Assembly (NCBI GenBank): GCA_012295275.1
Contig: CM022671.1
Location: 31,186,001 to 31,250,000, forward strand
Reading direction: 5' to 3'
Source of the DNA: Chrysomallon squamiferum
Lineage: Eukaryota > Animalia > Mollusca
Length of the DNA stretch: 64,000 bases
Both the position numbers and the translations under genes were made by a program. Below, piece after piece: positions 1 through 15,965 of the stretch. The notes under the pieces are model-generated. The model saw only the letters and a list, made by a program, of their open reading frames with translations. It made no database searches and was not told where the DNA came from. Numbering within the stretch: position 1 is the first letter of the stretch; each line of letters opens with the position of its first letter.

Positions 1-262
1 TTACTTTTTTTCGTCTAAGTATGTAAAAGGATATGGGCATCACAAATGTTTGAATCGGTGTCTAAAATAGGAATGAACAAACATCGCTGTCTTTTCAAGA
101 TAAACCGTTTACGTCATCAGTTCGTCTAGAATGAAATACTTCTTACACAGAACAACTTTTGACCTTTCTTCTCAACTCTTCCTCTCCTCTTTTCTTCATT
201 TCATTTCTTGTTCTAGTTTTTTTCTTCTTCTTCTTCTTCTTCTTACGCTATTATGTCTTTTC

Positions 263-263
<1 letters not shown>

Positions 264-303
<40 letters not shown>

Positions 304-312
304 TTTTATTAC

Positions 313-348
<36 letters not shown>

Positions 349-355
349 TATTATT
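264..355. repeat. (ATT)n microsatellite
   Basis: Visible simple repeat. Confidence 0.95.
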
Positions 356-1427
356 CGTGTTGTTGATGTTGTTGTGGACGTTTTCGTTGTGGTAGTCGTT
401 ATGATTGTTGTTGTCGTTATTTTTTCTTGCTTTTCTTTTCTTTTCTTATCTCTCTTCGTTCATCAAAGCCTCCATCTTCTGCTCGCTTTTCGTCTGTCCC
501 GATAGTTTTGCGTAGGAACAATTACGAAATTACATCCTGAATGCAAATGATATTTTTAGCCATTCCTCAAAACAGACGACGGGACCAATCCAATTAGGGA
601 TTACATTTAGCTGTAATGGCTCCCTGGAACCAATCCTGACTGTATGATCAATACGACGAGACAGAGCGTGGCACAAGTAGGAGTTACAAATACAACTGTT
701 GGTCTTCGACGTTCAGACAGACTTATCCTGTTTGTTAAATTACGTACAAGAAGAGGTGACTCCTGTTGTGACTTTTATAGGTGGGAGTTTAATTCGAAGT
801 ACTTGCAAGAAGCCATCGCTGTGATTTTTTTTTTTTTTTTTAACAAATAATACATTTAATAATACAACGTGTTGTTGTTGTTGTTGTTGTAAAGGATAAT
901 TATGCGTGGCATAATTATTAATCGTGTGCGTGTAGGTTTTCTTAAGTTAAATAACTGGTGCATATTGTGTTGAAAATGTGATTCCCTCAGAACTGCCTTA
1001 ATTTTTGCAACAGAATCAGCAATTTTTAATAATATATATTTGTTTTAACATTATACATACATATGTATATGTACAAACATACACATATACACTCAGACAC
1101 AGCACACTCACTAAGGATCCTAAACTATACAAACTGACTTAATGCAAAAATTCGATATCCCCAACAAATACAACAGGACGTATCAAAGTGACAAGTCTGC
1201 CCTTGTTCTGCATACTGGCAGCCTGCAGGAATCCGCCGCTGTTATTACAAGAATATGACCGATAAGTCAATAATAATCATAAACCTTAATATTCTGTGAT
1301 GGATGGACCGTTAAACTTTTCCTCGATCAATAAGGATGAAGATAATACGGAGTAAATGAAATTAATACGTCCATTTGTTTTGGAAATAGATGTCTATATA
1401 TAAATATATAGAAACGATTACTACAGA

Positions 1428-1620
<193 letters not shown>

Positions 1621-2738
1621 CGGATTCTTTAACACATGTATATTTGAACTGTTTGTTGAGTGTTTTCTTGGTACGTTTCAAAAAGAAAAATTCCAGAACG
1701 CACGTACGCGGGACTCAGAGTTTATTAAGATTGTAGCATCACAGAACAGCAGCGCCATCTGGACAATGTGAGTCAAGTGCTCTGGGATATATAACATTTG
1801 AAACGCGCCCGGCACGCGAGCACGTGCCCGATATGAACATACGTCTCAACCCTATGACGTCATATTAGGAACACGTGTCGTATATCATTGCTGGGACAAC
1901 GGTTTTTCTCTTTTTTCTTTCTTTATTTCTTTTTTTTTTTTTTTTTTGTTCTTTTTTCGACTGAATTTAATTTGTTTAGTGCATTTTATTTAAAAGTTTT
2001 TACAAATAAAAATAACATAACCAGTGTTTTTGCTATTGTTGTTGTTGTTGTTGTTGTTGATCCTGGTATTATTTTTTACTGTCACTTAAACGAAATCTAA
2101 GGATTATAAATTCATAATTTATGTAAAATATTTTACAGGAATTCTGAAAAGACCTAACGTTAAAATGAAAAAGAGAGATGTAATGAATGAAATTAAAACA
2201 AAAAAAGATACAATCAAAGAAAGAAAAAAAGAATTTTTTTTAAAAATAATAATTAAAAAATTAAGAATTAAAAAAGAAGAAAAAAAGGAAAAAAATAATA
2301 ATAATAAAATTTCAGACACAAATTATAAAAAAAAATTATCCTTAATTTTTAATAGAAAAGCCGAGTTTAATTATTTTACAACAAATACAGAACAGTGGCG
2401 AAATTTCTGGAGTCATAATTCTGAATTAATTTAGTACGTGTCGACATTTTGTCAGTAAAAGCCTTCTCTGGTCGTTACATCTCATCGGCTGACATCGGAT
2501 ACGCGAAAGTTGTCGACAATGACGCCCGAAACTCTACGAAATTCTCCGAGGATGGATAAACCATTTCAACCCTTGTCACTTAGCTCTGTATTTACAATGG
2601 CTGTAGATTTTAACAGCCGTCATTCAGGCTGTGACATGAAGTCTCGTGCAGTCACGTTCGAACCTGAGTGAATTTTGTTACTATGTTTAATTATTTTATC
2701 TTTAGAGGGAATAAAACGAGCATTTATTATTATTAAAA

Positions 2739-2781
<43 letters not shown>

Positions 2782-3748
2782 GGAATATACTTATGCTATC
2801 ATTGAGTGAATTTTTGTTGTGTATTTTTAACTGAATTTATTTTTATTTTTATTTTATTTTAGTTTTTTATTTTATATTTTTATTATTGATGTTTGTTTGT
2901 TTTATTTTTTATTATTATTATTATTATTCATTTTATATATAGATATATTTCTCTTGTTGTTTGTTTTCGTTTCATCTTTTATTTCTTGTTTTTTGGTTGT
3001 TGTTTTTTTGTTTTATTTATATATTTAATTTTTATTTCTTTTTTATTTAATTTTTCTTTCTTTTTTATTTATCTTTTCTTTCTTTTTTTTTTTTTTTTTT
3101 TGTTAGGCACTGGTATCGAACATTTTACCTTCATTTGTGCGCATTTTGTTATCAGCAGACACACATGCCACACACACACACATACATTTTTTCAGGTTTA
3201 AATTCACAGAAAAAAAAAAAAAAAAAAAAAAAAACTTTCATCAAAACTAAAAGCTACGCTATCAGTTACACACAAAGGCGTTTTTTATCTCATTGGTCCC
3301 AAAGGCATCAAAGCAGTGCACCGCGCATGTGCGCTTCACAATATTTTAATTTGACCTGACCTACATCCTTGACACAGTGAAATCTATGTCAGTGGGTTGA
3401 AAAAGCGCGTTAGATGTCGTCTGCTTTCTTCAGTATTAACTTTGCAGTCAGCGCGTGTACCAAATTGCTAGAATTTCTGTCTCGAAAATGTCTTTATATC
3501 CAAGTTTGTTGTGCAGGGAATAATATCGGCTCGGTTGTATTAGATGTCTAGACGGTGTTTGAAAGGGTAGCCGCTGTTTAATTAACTCTTGTATTTATTT
3601 GAATATTTACGCAATCAGAAGGGGATAGCTCCGAACTGCAGACGGCAATTTTTTCTCAGCCGATGATTTGCCTTCGTGTATATTTTAAACATTATTTTAT
3701 GAATTGTTTAGTGTTGTTTGTCTGCTTGTATTTGTGTATGTGTGTGTG

Positions 3749-3856
3749 TATGTATGTATGTATGTATGTATGTATGTATGTATGTATGTATGTATGTATG
3801 TATGTATGTATGTATGTATGTATATGTATTTATGTATGAAGATAGATCTGTGTATG

Positions 3857-3890
<34 letters not shown>
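3749..3890. repeat. (TATG)n followed by (CA)n
   Basis: Visible simple repeats. Confidence 0.9.
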
Positions 3891-3898
<8 letters not shown>

Positions 3899-4379
3899 CA
3901 TACTCATGCGGAAATACTTGTCGACGTAAATTAAAATAAAAACATTTAACTTCGCTAGGATTTGAGTAAACTTTAAGTGAGGTATTTTAAACAACAAAGA
4001 AGCTGCAGTTTTCTCAGAATGAAATTCGAGATTCTAGTGCGTTCCTGCTGAGAAAGAATATCAGATAACACGATTTTGAACGAACGACGTGCTGTAAAAC
4101 GTACGCTCCGCTGAATATGAAATATGCGTTTTGTTACGTAACAATGAGCTTGAATGTGATATATTATCTTTATGTGCTATTAACGTAAGTTTAAATATGA
4201 ATGCTAAACAGTTCGTGTATATAACTTACACGTTATCGTGTACTAGTGTAATATTTATGACCATATTTCATCTAAAGAATGAATATGTTCTTGAGAATGA
4301 TATATTATTATTATTATATATATGTGTAAACATAATAACGTACTTAACTTTAAAAGCAAAAATAAACAAAAACAAAAAT

Positions 4380-4439
<60 letters not shown>

Positions 4440-4965
4440 TCAGATTATATGCCATCTGTTAATAACATTTATAATTATTTTATCTGAAAATTGATTATAT
4501 TACTAAAATTAATTTAGTTTATCGCCCGTGTTGTCTATCACTCGCAGAGATTATTTTGACCTTCGCTAATATGAGGCTGTGGTCGTTTAGTACAAAGGGC
4601 TGGATTATTTTGAAGACAAAGAAAGAAAAAGAAATTATAGGAGGGGAACAAAAAAGTATTTCCCTGCCTGCCATATGTGCGCCAGTTTAATTGTTTCCGT
4701 CAGCCCCAAAGCAGTATCGCCATAGCTCTCCATTTTCTGTGACCCATATTTCCAGGCCTCCGATTGGTTGATTCCACCTGCAGGTTTGAGTGGGAGGGTG
4801 GCGGGTAAAACGCGGCCAAACGTTGTTCACATTTCGCATTCTTGGAGATGTAAATATTGCATTGTGCTAGACTTTTTCCCAGTCATTTCTGTTTTATAAA
4901 TAACATTATTAATTTCTGTAGCAATAACGATAAAAATAAAGCGTGTCTGTTAACAGTTTAAATCG

Positions 4966-5015
<50 letters not shown>

Positions 5016-7492
5016 TTTTATCCATTATCTGAATTATTCAAATTACGATCCTCCATGTTTTAGAAATATGACACCACTTTTTTTTTTTTTTTCTTCTCTC
5101 CAGAGACCTGTATCGATTTTAGTGACCCAGTGACCTGAAAAACAACGTGACCCGCTACAGAGATGTCTAATGTGCTTCAGTCCCGCTCAGAGGCGATCTG
5201 GTGAAGATGAAAATGTCGGTAAAATAAACACAGAATGGTATGAAAATGTTTTGCAAATAAAACAACATCCTTAACCTTCCTGATACTATAACTAGGAGGG
5301 AGTGTAATGTCGGTGGGGTGCGGTGGGGGTTGGGGAGAGATGAAATATGAAACCGCATATGGCGGAGATACATGGATAATGAGAACCTTAAGTGATTAAA
5401 AAAAATATATATATATATATATAAAAAAAAAAAAAAAAAAAAAAAAAAGGCCGTTACTCTGCTCCCCACATTGAAACAAAAGACAGGGTGCACTAAATGT
5501 TTTCTAAAAGGAGGGAGTGTTTCTTTGGGGGAAGTATGTGGGATACGAAAAGGGAACGAGAGCATCATCTAAAGGGCGAGGAATAACTAGGAACAGATAT
5601 GAAAACAAATTATAGAAATTCATACGCTCATCTCTCCTGAAGTTCCTCCTAACAAGAGAAAGGCCAAAGTGACAAAACCAGACTGGTGCTGTTTCAAGAA
5701 TGCTGTGGATAGTAATGTACAACTAAATTATGTTCCGGTGCAAGAACAACACTGAAATAGACATTTTCAGTAATCCAGTGATAGATACTATGGTGACTAT
5801 GCACAGCACACACACATGTTATTATGTTTTTGTGTAAGGATATATATCTGTATATGTATGTGTTCATATGTGGGTGTGTTTGGTATATCCTTTGTATGTA
5901 TGTATGTTTACAATTATGTATATGTGTGTGTGTATGTATGTATGTATGTATGTATGTATATAATTATGTATGTATGAATGTATATAAGTATGTATATATG
6001 TAAGTATGTATGTATATTTGTATATGTATGTATGTATGTATATCTGTAACTTATAAAGTATGTACTTATATTTCTATTAGGTTGATAGCCATTGATCCGT
6101 ATCAGTCTAGCCACGTGATGTAAACAACTCCAGCTCTGATCAGAGTTTGTCCGTACGTCCCACTGTCATATCTGTCTGTGTCTCTGAGTCATGCAGAACT
6201 TTTCTTTACATCAAGGAATGGACGGCTATGAAAGATACTTTTCTCTTTAATTCCTCTTTTTGCTCGTCTGCAATTTCAAGGGGGGGGGGGAATTGAGAGG
6301 AAAAAAAATAAAAATGGCTGACCTTCGTTCGTCTGGTATTTCTCTTCTGGTGATATATTTGGTGTCGCTGGCTTTCATCACATCCTGGAAAGAATTTCTA
6401 GGATCTTTCCTTCAGTTTTTTTTTTAATTTTATTTTTCCTTGTTCCCCGTTATTTAATCCGGTCTAAGAATGCGACAGAAATGTGTGATTTCACTGAACA
6501 AGCAAAATGGTGGAATAAAACTTGACCTAATTTTCTCCGAATTTCTTTTTGAGTCTAGCTCTTTTTAATTTTGTTTAAATAAAATTAAAGTTGATTTATT
6601 TTTATTCTTTTTTTTTTTTTTTTTTTAAAATTTGTTATATTTTATTTTTTTTTATTTTATTTTATTTTATTTGGTTTTGTTTCATTTGGTTTGGTTTGGT
6701 TTTATTTATTTATTTCCTTACTTACTTACTTACTTACTTACTCACTCACTTACTTTCTTTTGTCTGTCTTCATCTAAATCCCATTTTCTATTTGTCTTTC
6801 ATTTTAGCTCTCTGTCTTCTCTCACCCCTATCTCTCTCTCTCTTCCTCTTTCGTTCTCTCACTCTTTCATTCTCCCATTCTCTTAGTCCATCCCTCCATA
6901 TTCGAAATAATTTCTGCCATACTTTTCCCCTCCTTTCTCAAACCAGAGATCCGCTCCCTGTTTCCAGGCTGTCCCTAAATATTTGAAATTGCACGAGACT
7001 TCACGAGGAGGGACATACGTGGAAGTATTAGGATATTTCAGAGAGACAACGACAACATGGCGTGTTTGAGAAGACCGAAGCGCCACCTACTTGTTACACT
7101 GCGTGGAAAAATTGTGACCAGCGTTCTGTGAGAAAGCATCTTGTAAAAAAAATATTAAAAAATCTCAGAATTCCCTTTTTATTGTTTGAACAGTGTCTGT
7201 TGTTGCTGTTATCCAAAGAATGCTTTGTGTCTTCTCTGATAGTAAGTACGCTTCTGGGCGCAAAAGAATTCCTTTGATTTATTAGAAATTATGCATTATT
7301 ATATCTGTCTTTCTAAATATCGATGTATCTATCTACCTCTCTGTTTGGCTGTTTCTCTGTCTGTATGTCTGTCTTCTGTCTGCCTGTCTGCCTAACTATC
7401 TGCGTGTCTGTCCATTTATCTATCTACCTTCTGTCTACCATGTAATATATGTGTGTATGTGAGAAAACAACAACAACAACAAACACAACACA

Positions 7493-7542
<50 letters not shown>

Positions 7543-8353
7543 TATAATAATTATAAAGAAAGAAAGAAAGATGTACGTACGTACGTAAGTAAATAAATGA
7601 ACAACTAATACTGTAACCACTGAGTGTAATGCATTTAACTAAATGAGGGATAAAGATGTCCGCTATTAGAGTAACTACAGTGTTCACATTTTCTATTCCC
7701 TTAAGCCTCGGTTTGACGAGCGTCTGGAAACAATTTCTGACAGGCAACACATCACATATGCATCCGTTTGATTTCTGAATCCTACATCGATACATAATAT
7801 TCAGCTATAGTGAAAATCACTCTTATTATTATTATTATTATAAATATTTTGATACTGAATTTTGATATACGAAAAATCAACAATGACAATGTTAATAATC
7901 AAGACGATGGCAACATATTACTTGAAAAAGACTTTAATTCTATCCTTATTCTTTGTTAGACTTCTAAAAATAAATTAAATTAAACATAAACTATCCACAG
8001 CTTCGAACCTGAACCACTTTTTGGAAACGTTTAGAGATCCGACATGATAAGTGAATCAAACCTCAGTATTTTCTGGGTTAAAGGTCAGTGGGCGTGGCTT
8101 CTTCTGTAATCATAAATGGGTGCAGCTGTACCGTTTGAATCTAATTAAGCTAAGTGGTGTTGCGCACTTAATATGAATTCCTTAATAAGTGTGTGTATGA
8201 GCGAGTGTTCTTGTATATAGGTCTTATATATATGTATAGAGAGAGGATTGTTTTCATGTATATGTAAGTAATCATTTACGAATCCATATTGCGTAGCAGT
8301 TACATAACGTAGATATTCGCAATGATATTTCCAGAGATACAGAGTGAGTGAGT

Positions 8354-8585
<232 letters not shown>

Positions 8586-8923
8586 AGCTCACCTATGTAA
8601 TGAGAGGAAATTGAGTAACATACTGCTGTGTTAAAACAAAAGTGAGTCACATAAGAGTTTGGCTGTAAGACTTACTCACAAGTAATATTAGTTTTACCAA
8701 ATTAGATCTGCTAAGTTACTACAAATACGTCTAATTAGAACTTACTGTACAACGTTCTTAACTGCTGATAACGTCAACGTACTAGAAGACTTTCAGAAGC
8801 GAAAGACCGTGAGATCAATACTGCGAATCGGATGTTTTGTTGGCTAATGCTGGGGATTTTTTATGGGTTTTTTGTTTTGTTTTTTTATTATTATATCATT
8901 ATTATTATTTAATATTTAAAGCA

Positions 8924-8944
8924 CAATAATAATAATAATAATAA

Positions 8945-9036
<92 letters not shown>

Positions 9037-9061
9037 TAACAATAACAATAACAATAATAAT
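8924..9061. repeat. (AAT)n microsatellite
   Basis: Visible simple repeat. Confidence 0.95.
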
Positions 9062-9586
9062 GAAAAACAAAATTAAAAAGAAGCTTTTATTCGAACAATT
9101 TAAATATTGTTTGGTTATATAATAACATAATTAATTTACAAGAAGATAATTCTGATAAGTGGAAAAGGAATTTTGTTTATATACATTTATTTATGTACAC
9201 AAGATAAGGCTGCAGGAGGTAAAAATAAATATATACATGCATACATAGGCCATACATACTGACGTACACACAGATACACACATATTTTACTAAAACCAGT
9301 TCAGACTGACATGGCAAGTATAATATTTATACCACAGAGCTCCAGGATGTTCGTGCGTACGTTTGTATTGTACAGTGCTTGTATTTATTTACATCAGGTA
9401 CATATCAGGTGAATCACTTTTTTGTTACGAAATAAAGATAAGGCGAGAGCGCAGATTACGTAAATAACTTTAGTATCGGAGATAACAGTCTGTAGTGTTA
9501 CCATTTGGAGGTTTCATGTTTTAACAGCTTTTGTATTTCCTTGTTAAACGTTTGACAGTTTGTAGGTTATTTAGTATAGCGGTGTG

Positions 9587-9599
9587 CTCTCTCTCTCTT

Positions 9600-9697
<98 letters not shown>

Positions 9698-10021
9698 GTT
9701 TTAACTGTGTTTATAGTAATAATGCTAGAAGCAGATTAATTACTATTTGTAGTAGTCATAGTATGAAAATAGTAATAGTAGTAAAAATAGTAGTATCAGT
9801 AGCATCTGTAAAAAGTAGTAATTCTAGTAAATGTAGTAATACCATTAGTAGTAACAGCAGTTGTAATAGTAATAGTAGTAACAGTAGTAGTAGTAGAGTT
9901 GTAGTTGTAGTTGTAGTTGTAGCAGTAGCAGTAGCAGTAGTAGTTGTAGTTGTAGTTGTAGTTGTAGTTGTAGTTGTAGTTGTAGTTGTAGCAGTAGCAG
10001 CAGTAGTAGTAGTAGTAGTAG
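9587..10021. repeat. (CT)n(TA)n followed by degenerate (GTA)/(GTAGTT)n
   Basis: Visible simple repeats. Confidence 0.9.
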
Positions 10022-10653
10022 TGTCGTCACTAGCAATGGCGGATCTAGATTATAAGAAATAGGGGAGACAACATTATGCGTAACGTTTACAAACGTAAAG
10101 TGTACGTGTACCAAAATATCTTCCCGTTTTAAATTACATGCAGCAGATAAGAGACACAAACACTTTAAACTCTTCTCAAGTGAAGTGCATTATGTTCTAT
10201 TTTGCACCTAAAGTAAGAAAACTCGTCAAGAAACGCGAAACTCTCACCATTGTAATAACAAATACAGTTCGCCAGACGGGCCCACGAAGTGTACAAAATG
10301 GCGCCTTGCGAAGGAAGAGGAGTGACGTAACAAGTACTCTATGATTGACGTGTGTCATAACAATACCTGAAATGAGCTGGAAACATACAGTGTAATTATT
10401 CGTTACGTAAGGTTAGTCATCTGTTCCCTACTTAGTGTAATTAATGACGGTGGATTAAGGGAATGCGGTGGGGGGGGGGTTGCCAGTTCTATGCACTGCC
10501 AGTGGGTATAACATTAGTCATTACAGAAACATTTTATTCTTACCTAATATAGAAATACGGAAAGTGCATAAATTATGGTTGCAAATTATTTATGGGGGAG
10601 ATAACGTGGTTTTAATAACGCATCATAAAAAAGTATGTAACTATAATATAAAG

Positions 10654-10703
<50 letters not shown>

Positions 10704-10792
10704 CATAAGCGGAAATTGAAATGTAGTCCAAAGGTTCACCTAGAACGCCATATGTTTTGCTGACCGATAATTTCTTTAATTGTTAATTTATT

Positions 10793-10828
<36 letters not shown>

Positions 10829-11900
10829 TGTACATGATTTAATCTAGAAAATTTTATAGGCACGTTCTGTTTTCCTCTGAAATTATAGATCAGCCAATAT
10901 ATTCCACATTTCCTGTACATCAAAAGCGGCTAAATCTTTTTTATAGTGTGTTAAAAACTGAAAGATATCATGATGTTAATAAAGTGTTGCTGTCGGCTAC
11001 GGGTTTCTTTTTTCATACTCGTATTACAAAGGTCAGGTGACTGGTACAGAACAAACATTAAAACTGCATGTTCCGTGTATTGTAAAAAAAAATATATATA
11101 TATTTAATGTATTTTATTTTACATTCTTTATACTTTTCTTTAATTTAATTTTGTTTGTTTTTACTTTCCTTTACTTTATTTTATTTTCCTTTACGTTGCA
11201 TAAATTGTTTGCTTTACTTTATTTAACTTTCATTTAGCTTTATTTTGTTCCTCACTTTGCTTTATTTTTTGTTTGTATATCTGGGCGCTATGCTCCGCAC
11301 TGCTAGGTAATACTTTATTATTATGCTTTTTTTCTTCTTTTTTTTCACTTTCTAAATTTATTTTTTCTATATATTATTTTTACACACAAGGTGCCCTCCA
11401 GACAGAACGTTCTAGAGAGTTGGTATGTGTTGTAAATTCCTCCGTCGGTGAGTCATCGGAATTTCGACGTGAAACGAAATCGCTTCTGGCTTTGCATTTT
11501 CTCAACACCTGCATCACCTCTGCTCGTCTTTTCGACAGCGGGATGGGGGGAGAATCCGCGAGTCTACAAAGGTTCACGGATTTAAAAGCTGGCTACCCTC
11601 TGGGTATTAATAACGCGTTTAGACGCCACGCGGAAATCCGATCTTCAAATCGGACAACTTCCCCGTCGGGCAGACGTCGTTTAAAAATAGCATGGCATGA
11701 CACGATCACGTGACTCAATGTTTGTAAACAAAGCAGAGCGGCTTGTTCGTCTGACGAAATTGCGTTTCCCCCCACCCCTTGCTGTTTTTATGCAGATTTC
11801 TTCTTCTTCTTTTTTTTTTTTTAATGTTTTATTATTATTATTATTATTTTTACGTTTACTGTTTGTTGACAGGAGTTTATTCTTTTTTCTTTTCTTTTCT

Positions 11901-11930
11901 TCTACCTTTGTCTACCTTTGTCTACCTTTG
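11901..11930. repeat. (TCTACCTTTG)3
   Basis: Three perfect 10-bp units. Confidence 0.9.
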
Positions 11931-12077
11931 TTCAGCAATGTTACTGCGAATAGTATTAATATTTCACTTGGGTTTGTTGTTAAAATTTTATTTTATTGTT
12001 CTTTATTGGCTGTGTTCTGACCTGAAAAACAGACGCTTTATGAACAAGGAAAATTGACCTAAGATTTAGTATTAAGT

Positions 12078-12223
12078 TTAGTAGTAGTAATAGTAATAGT
12101 AGTTGTCATAGTAGTTGTCATAGTAGTAGTAGTAGTAGTAGTAGTAATAGTAGTAGTAGTACTAGTAGTAGTAGTAGTAGTAGTAGTATAGTGTCCATGT
12201 CTTCTATATTTACAAACAAATCA

Positions 12224-12306
<83 letters not shown>
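12078..12306. repeat. (AGT)n and (CT)n microsatellites
   Basis: Visible simple repeats. Confidence 0.9.
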
Positions 12307-12310
<4 letters not shown>

Positions 12311-12808
12311 TGTCATTGTATTAGTGACTAATGTCCCTCTGTCTGTCTGACTATTTAACTCAGATAAAAATAGATACAAGTATTACACATACAGATATTT
12401 TAACTAGTAAACAGAGGTGCTTGCCAAGTGCGCAAAATGTTGAAAACGCGGAAGGTTTGGCGTGTTACATTACAAACGTGATCTAACCCGTGACGCATTC
12501 GCCAACTGGGTAGTTTCACGTAACGAAATCATTTTTAACTTAATAAATAAATAACTGGATCAATGAACGAACGAATAATGACTGACGAAGTTAATATTAA
12601 TAATTTTAAAATTCACATTAACTGTTTCTTAATTTCAGCGTAACATTTACGAATTCTCTCTCTCTCTCTCTTTCTCGCTCTCTTTGTGTGTGTCTCTCTG
12701 TCTGTCTATATCTATCGTAATACCTCACTCTCTTGTTCCTTATCTATGTATATGTCTGCCTATTTCTCTTTTTATCTATATATCTCCAATTATCTATCCA
12801 TCTATCTG

Positions 12809-12843
<35 letters not shown>

Positions 12844-14288
12844 ATATATCCACCACTCTATCCCATTTCGCATCCTTCTTTATGTTTATTTCTCCATCAT
12901 TCTTTCTTCTTTCTTTCAAACACATACACCCACCCACTCCCAAACATAATAGAACTTGGGCAGTCTGAGATTATCTTATACCAGACCTGTTTACAAGTAA
13001 AAATACCCGCGGATTTCCTTTTCTATTTGTTCTCCTAAAATTATACCTGTACATATATATATATTTTTTTCTTTTTTCTTTACGTAACTAAACTTTGAGC
13101 TGAAATTCCAGAGTTCATTTACTCATCGAGCGATATAAACAGTGAATGAAATTTCGCAATGGTTTCCAAATACTGACACTGGCTTCTTTATGTTGGCTTC
13201 GGAGAAACAGTGCGCACGTGACGCGTTCGTGACGTAGTAAATAACAGGCTCGTGACTCGGTAACAAACACGAAGCGGATATTGTTACCCTCTCGTGTCAC
13301 AAAATAAATTTACAACGTCATCAGACTGTTTGATGTAACACGCTGTGTCATAGTGAAAGTCATGAAATTCAAAATTACAAAGATGTTGTTGTTGTTGTTG
13401 TTGTTTTTACATGTATTATTATTGTTGTTATTACTACCACTACTGCTACTACTAGTACTACTAGTCGTACTATTACTACGATTAATGTTACTACAACTAT
13501 TACTATTTTAATTATTATTACTGTTGTTGTTCTTGTGTCGTTGTTGATATTGTGATGTCATAGTGATGATGATGATGTCAACGTTGATGATATTATTTTT
13601 GTTATCTGTAATTACGGTTAGTAAACATTTGTGTGACAAAATATAACCGAAGAATACAATTATCGTTCAACCGTTTATTCATTTAATGAAAAGAATATTC
13701 AGTTATATATATGCATGCGTATGCGTTTGTGTGTGTGTGTTGTCTATATAAAGAAATCTGAAGAGTAAATTATAATTAATTAAAAACGTGCATTTTTCTT
13801 TCTTCTGTACGTCCGTGTCTTTTTTCTTTTCTTTTTAAAAAAAATAAATAAATAAAAAGAAAAGAAATATCTGTTTACAACCTCACACACGTGTTGTTTT
13901 TTTTTTTTTTTTTTTCTCTCCGCTGTTTTGTCTAAACACAAATTATAAAAAATGGCTACTGATGGGTGCAGGCTTCTGGTGTCGTCCTTAAGCAGACACT
14001 GCAAGTTAAATGTTTTATTTCTACGCTGAGAGCATGTCAATTAAAAAACAAACACCCAGCGCGTGCTGCAGACCACTCGTCACGCCACGTGCCATGCGCG
14101 CTTTTCACTTTGATCTTGTATCGGCTGTCTTAAAAAAGATCACATTTGTCAACAGGTCCGCGTGGCAGACGACTGCAAGCCCAGTCTGATAACGAAAATG
14201 GCGGAAATGTGTTCAGTAGGTGTTATTTGAATTTTATGTTTATGTAAACAGTTTACGTTTTATTTTATTTTTATTTTATTTATTTATT

Positions 14289-14341
<53 letters not shown>

Positions 14342-14956
14342 TACTATTATCAAAATGTGTTTTCATTATAAATATTGTTTTGTTGTTTCTGCTTTTATGT
14401 AACCGTACAATATATATAAAACGTATATACATATTAAACTTATATTATTTTTAAACCTCTTCCTCATACGAGTTTGAAATTTTTCCACTATGACACAGCA
14501 GACATCTTGTCGCATAATTTAATGTCGTCTGCATTCGTGTATGAAGTGGTTCTTGGTTTTAAATATCATCTATTTAAAGAAGAAAAAAAAAAACGAAAAG
14601 GAAAAAAGGCTACATTCTTCAGCACATAAGTCATTTTTATGCTTTAATGGACTTGTTTTGACAAATGTCTAGAGGTATTTTTCGACGGTTTTGTTTTTAA
14701 TTAATGTCTCGGAATCCGCTTAAAAGTAACAGGTGAAAAAATTATTTAATTTGTAGAATGACGTGCCAGGTCTGGTGATATCCGGCAAGTAAACAACGAC
14801 AAACGGAATCTCTTAAGCTAATAAACTTTAATTATAGTGTGAAGAAGTCAAGTTGAAATTAAACAATACAACCTGAACAGGAAAAGACTTATTTTATTTA
14901 TATCTACCAGTGTTAATTGGAGTTACAAAATGTACAGCTGCTTTAATCCTATTATT

Positions 14957-14988
<32 letters not shown>

Positions 14989-15350
14989 TTTGTTAAAGTA
15001 ATAATTCATTATCTGAAAGTAATAACATATTTATCTATTTTAAATTAATATTAAATCGAGAAATATCGAGAACATTTTGAGCATCGGTGTATGTTTCTCT
15101 GTCTCCGTTGCTAAGTGATGCTGCTATTATTTATGACGTCATTATTATTGTATTACATCTTTTAATAATGTCATAAGTAAGGATGTACTGTTTATAGCAA
15201 ATTCGACAATCATTTTAGATTTGTAACTATATGGCGAACTAATCTTATTTTGAACTTACAAAGATATGGGATTAAATGATTTCAAATTTACGCATTTAAC
15301 TGCTGATGTGGTAGGTTAACCTTTCTTTCTTTCTTTTTTCTTTCTTTTTT

Positions 15351-15381
<31 letters not shown>

Positions 15382-15404
15382 TTATTATTATTATTATTAT
15401 TATT

Positions 15405-15439
<35 letters not shown>

Positions 15440-15924
15440 TTATTTTCTTTACACACACACACATATCATCTATTTTTAATTGTAATTTTATTCACAGACT
15501 TAACTTGGTTCGTGAATTTTTATTTTTTTTTTTTTTTTTAATTGTTTCTTTTTTCATTATTATTATTATTATTTTATTTTTTTTGTCTCTCGTAAATCTA
15601 CATACAGAGTATTGACATCATGTATGCATGTGTAGTTAATTAAAGGAAACGCCATGTACGTTTGCAAGAAACGTCTCGATTAACCACATAAAATACAATT
15701 TTTTCTTCTTTTGTTTGGTTAAGTCTCTCGTTACTTGATCAGTTTCAGGTTTTTTAAAAGGTGAGTATGAACAAAATGTAATCGGAAAATAATCGGACAG
15801 AAATATAAATTATCACGAAAAAAAATCTTTTGCTGAAGGAAATGGAACAAAAATGTGTAACTTTCTGTTAATAAATTGTCTATACATTTATACAGAAAAA
15901 CAACAAAAATACACACAAACACAC

Positions 15925-15965
<41 letters not shown>

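Noticed and set aside
10033-10505. CAATGGCGGATCTAG as a MITE terminus (similar strings near 1228 and 57586)
   Set aside because: No convincing partner inverted end or target-site duplication.
11273-11775. Complex-looking ORFs on both strands around a GC-rich island; possible micro-exon AAG|GTGCC...TTG|GTATGT
   Set aside because: Overlapping ORFs on both strands with no recognisable homology or consistent exon frame; more likely non-coding. BLASTX or RNA-seq would be needed.
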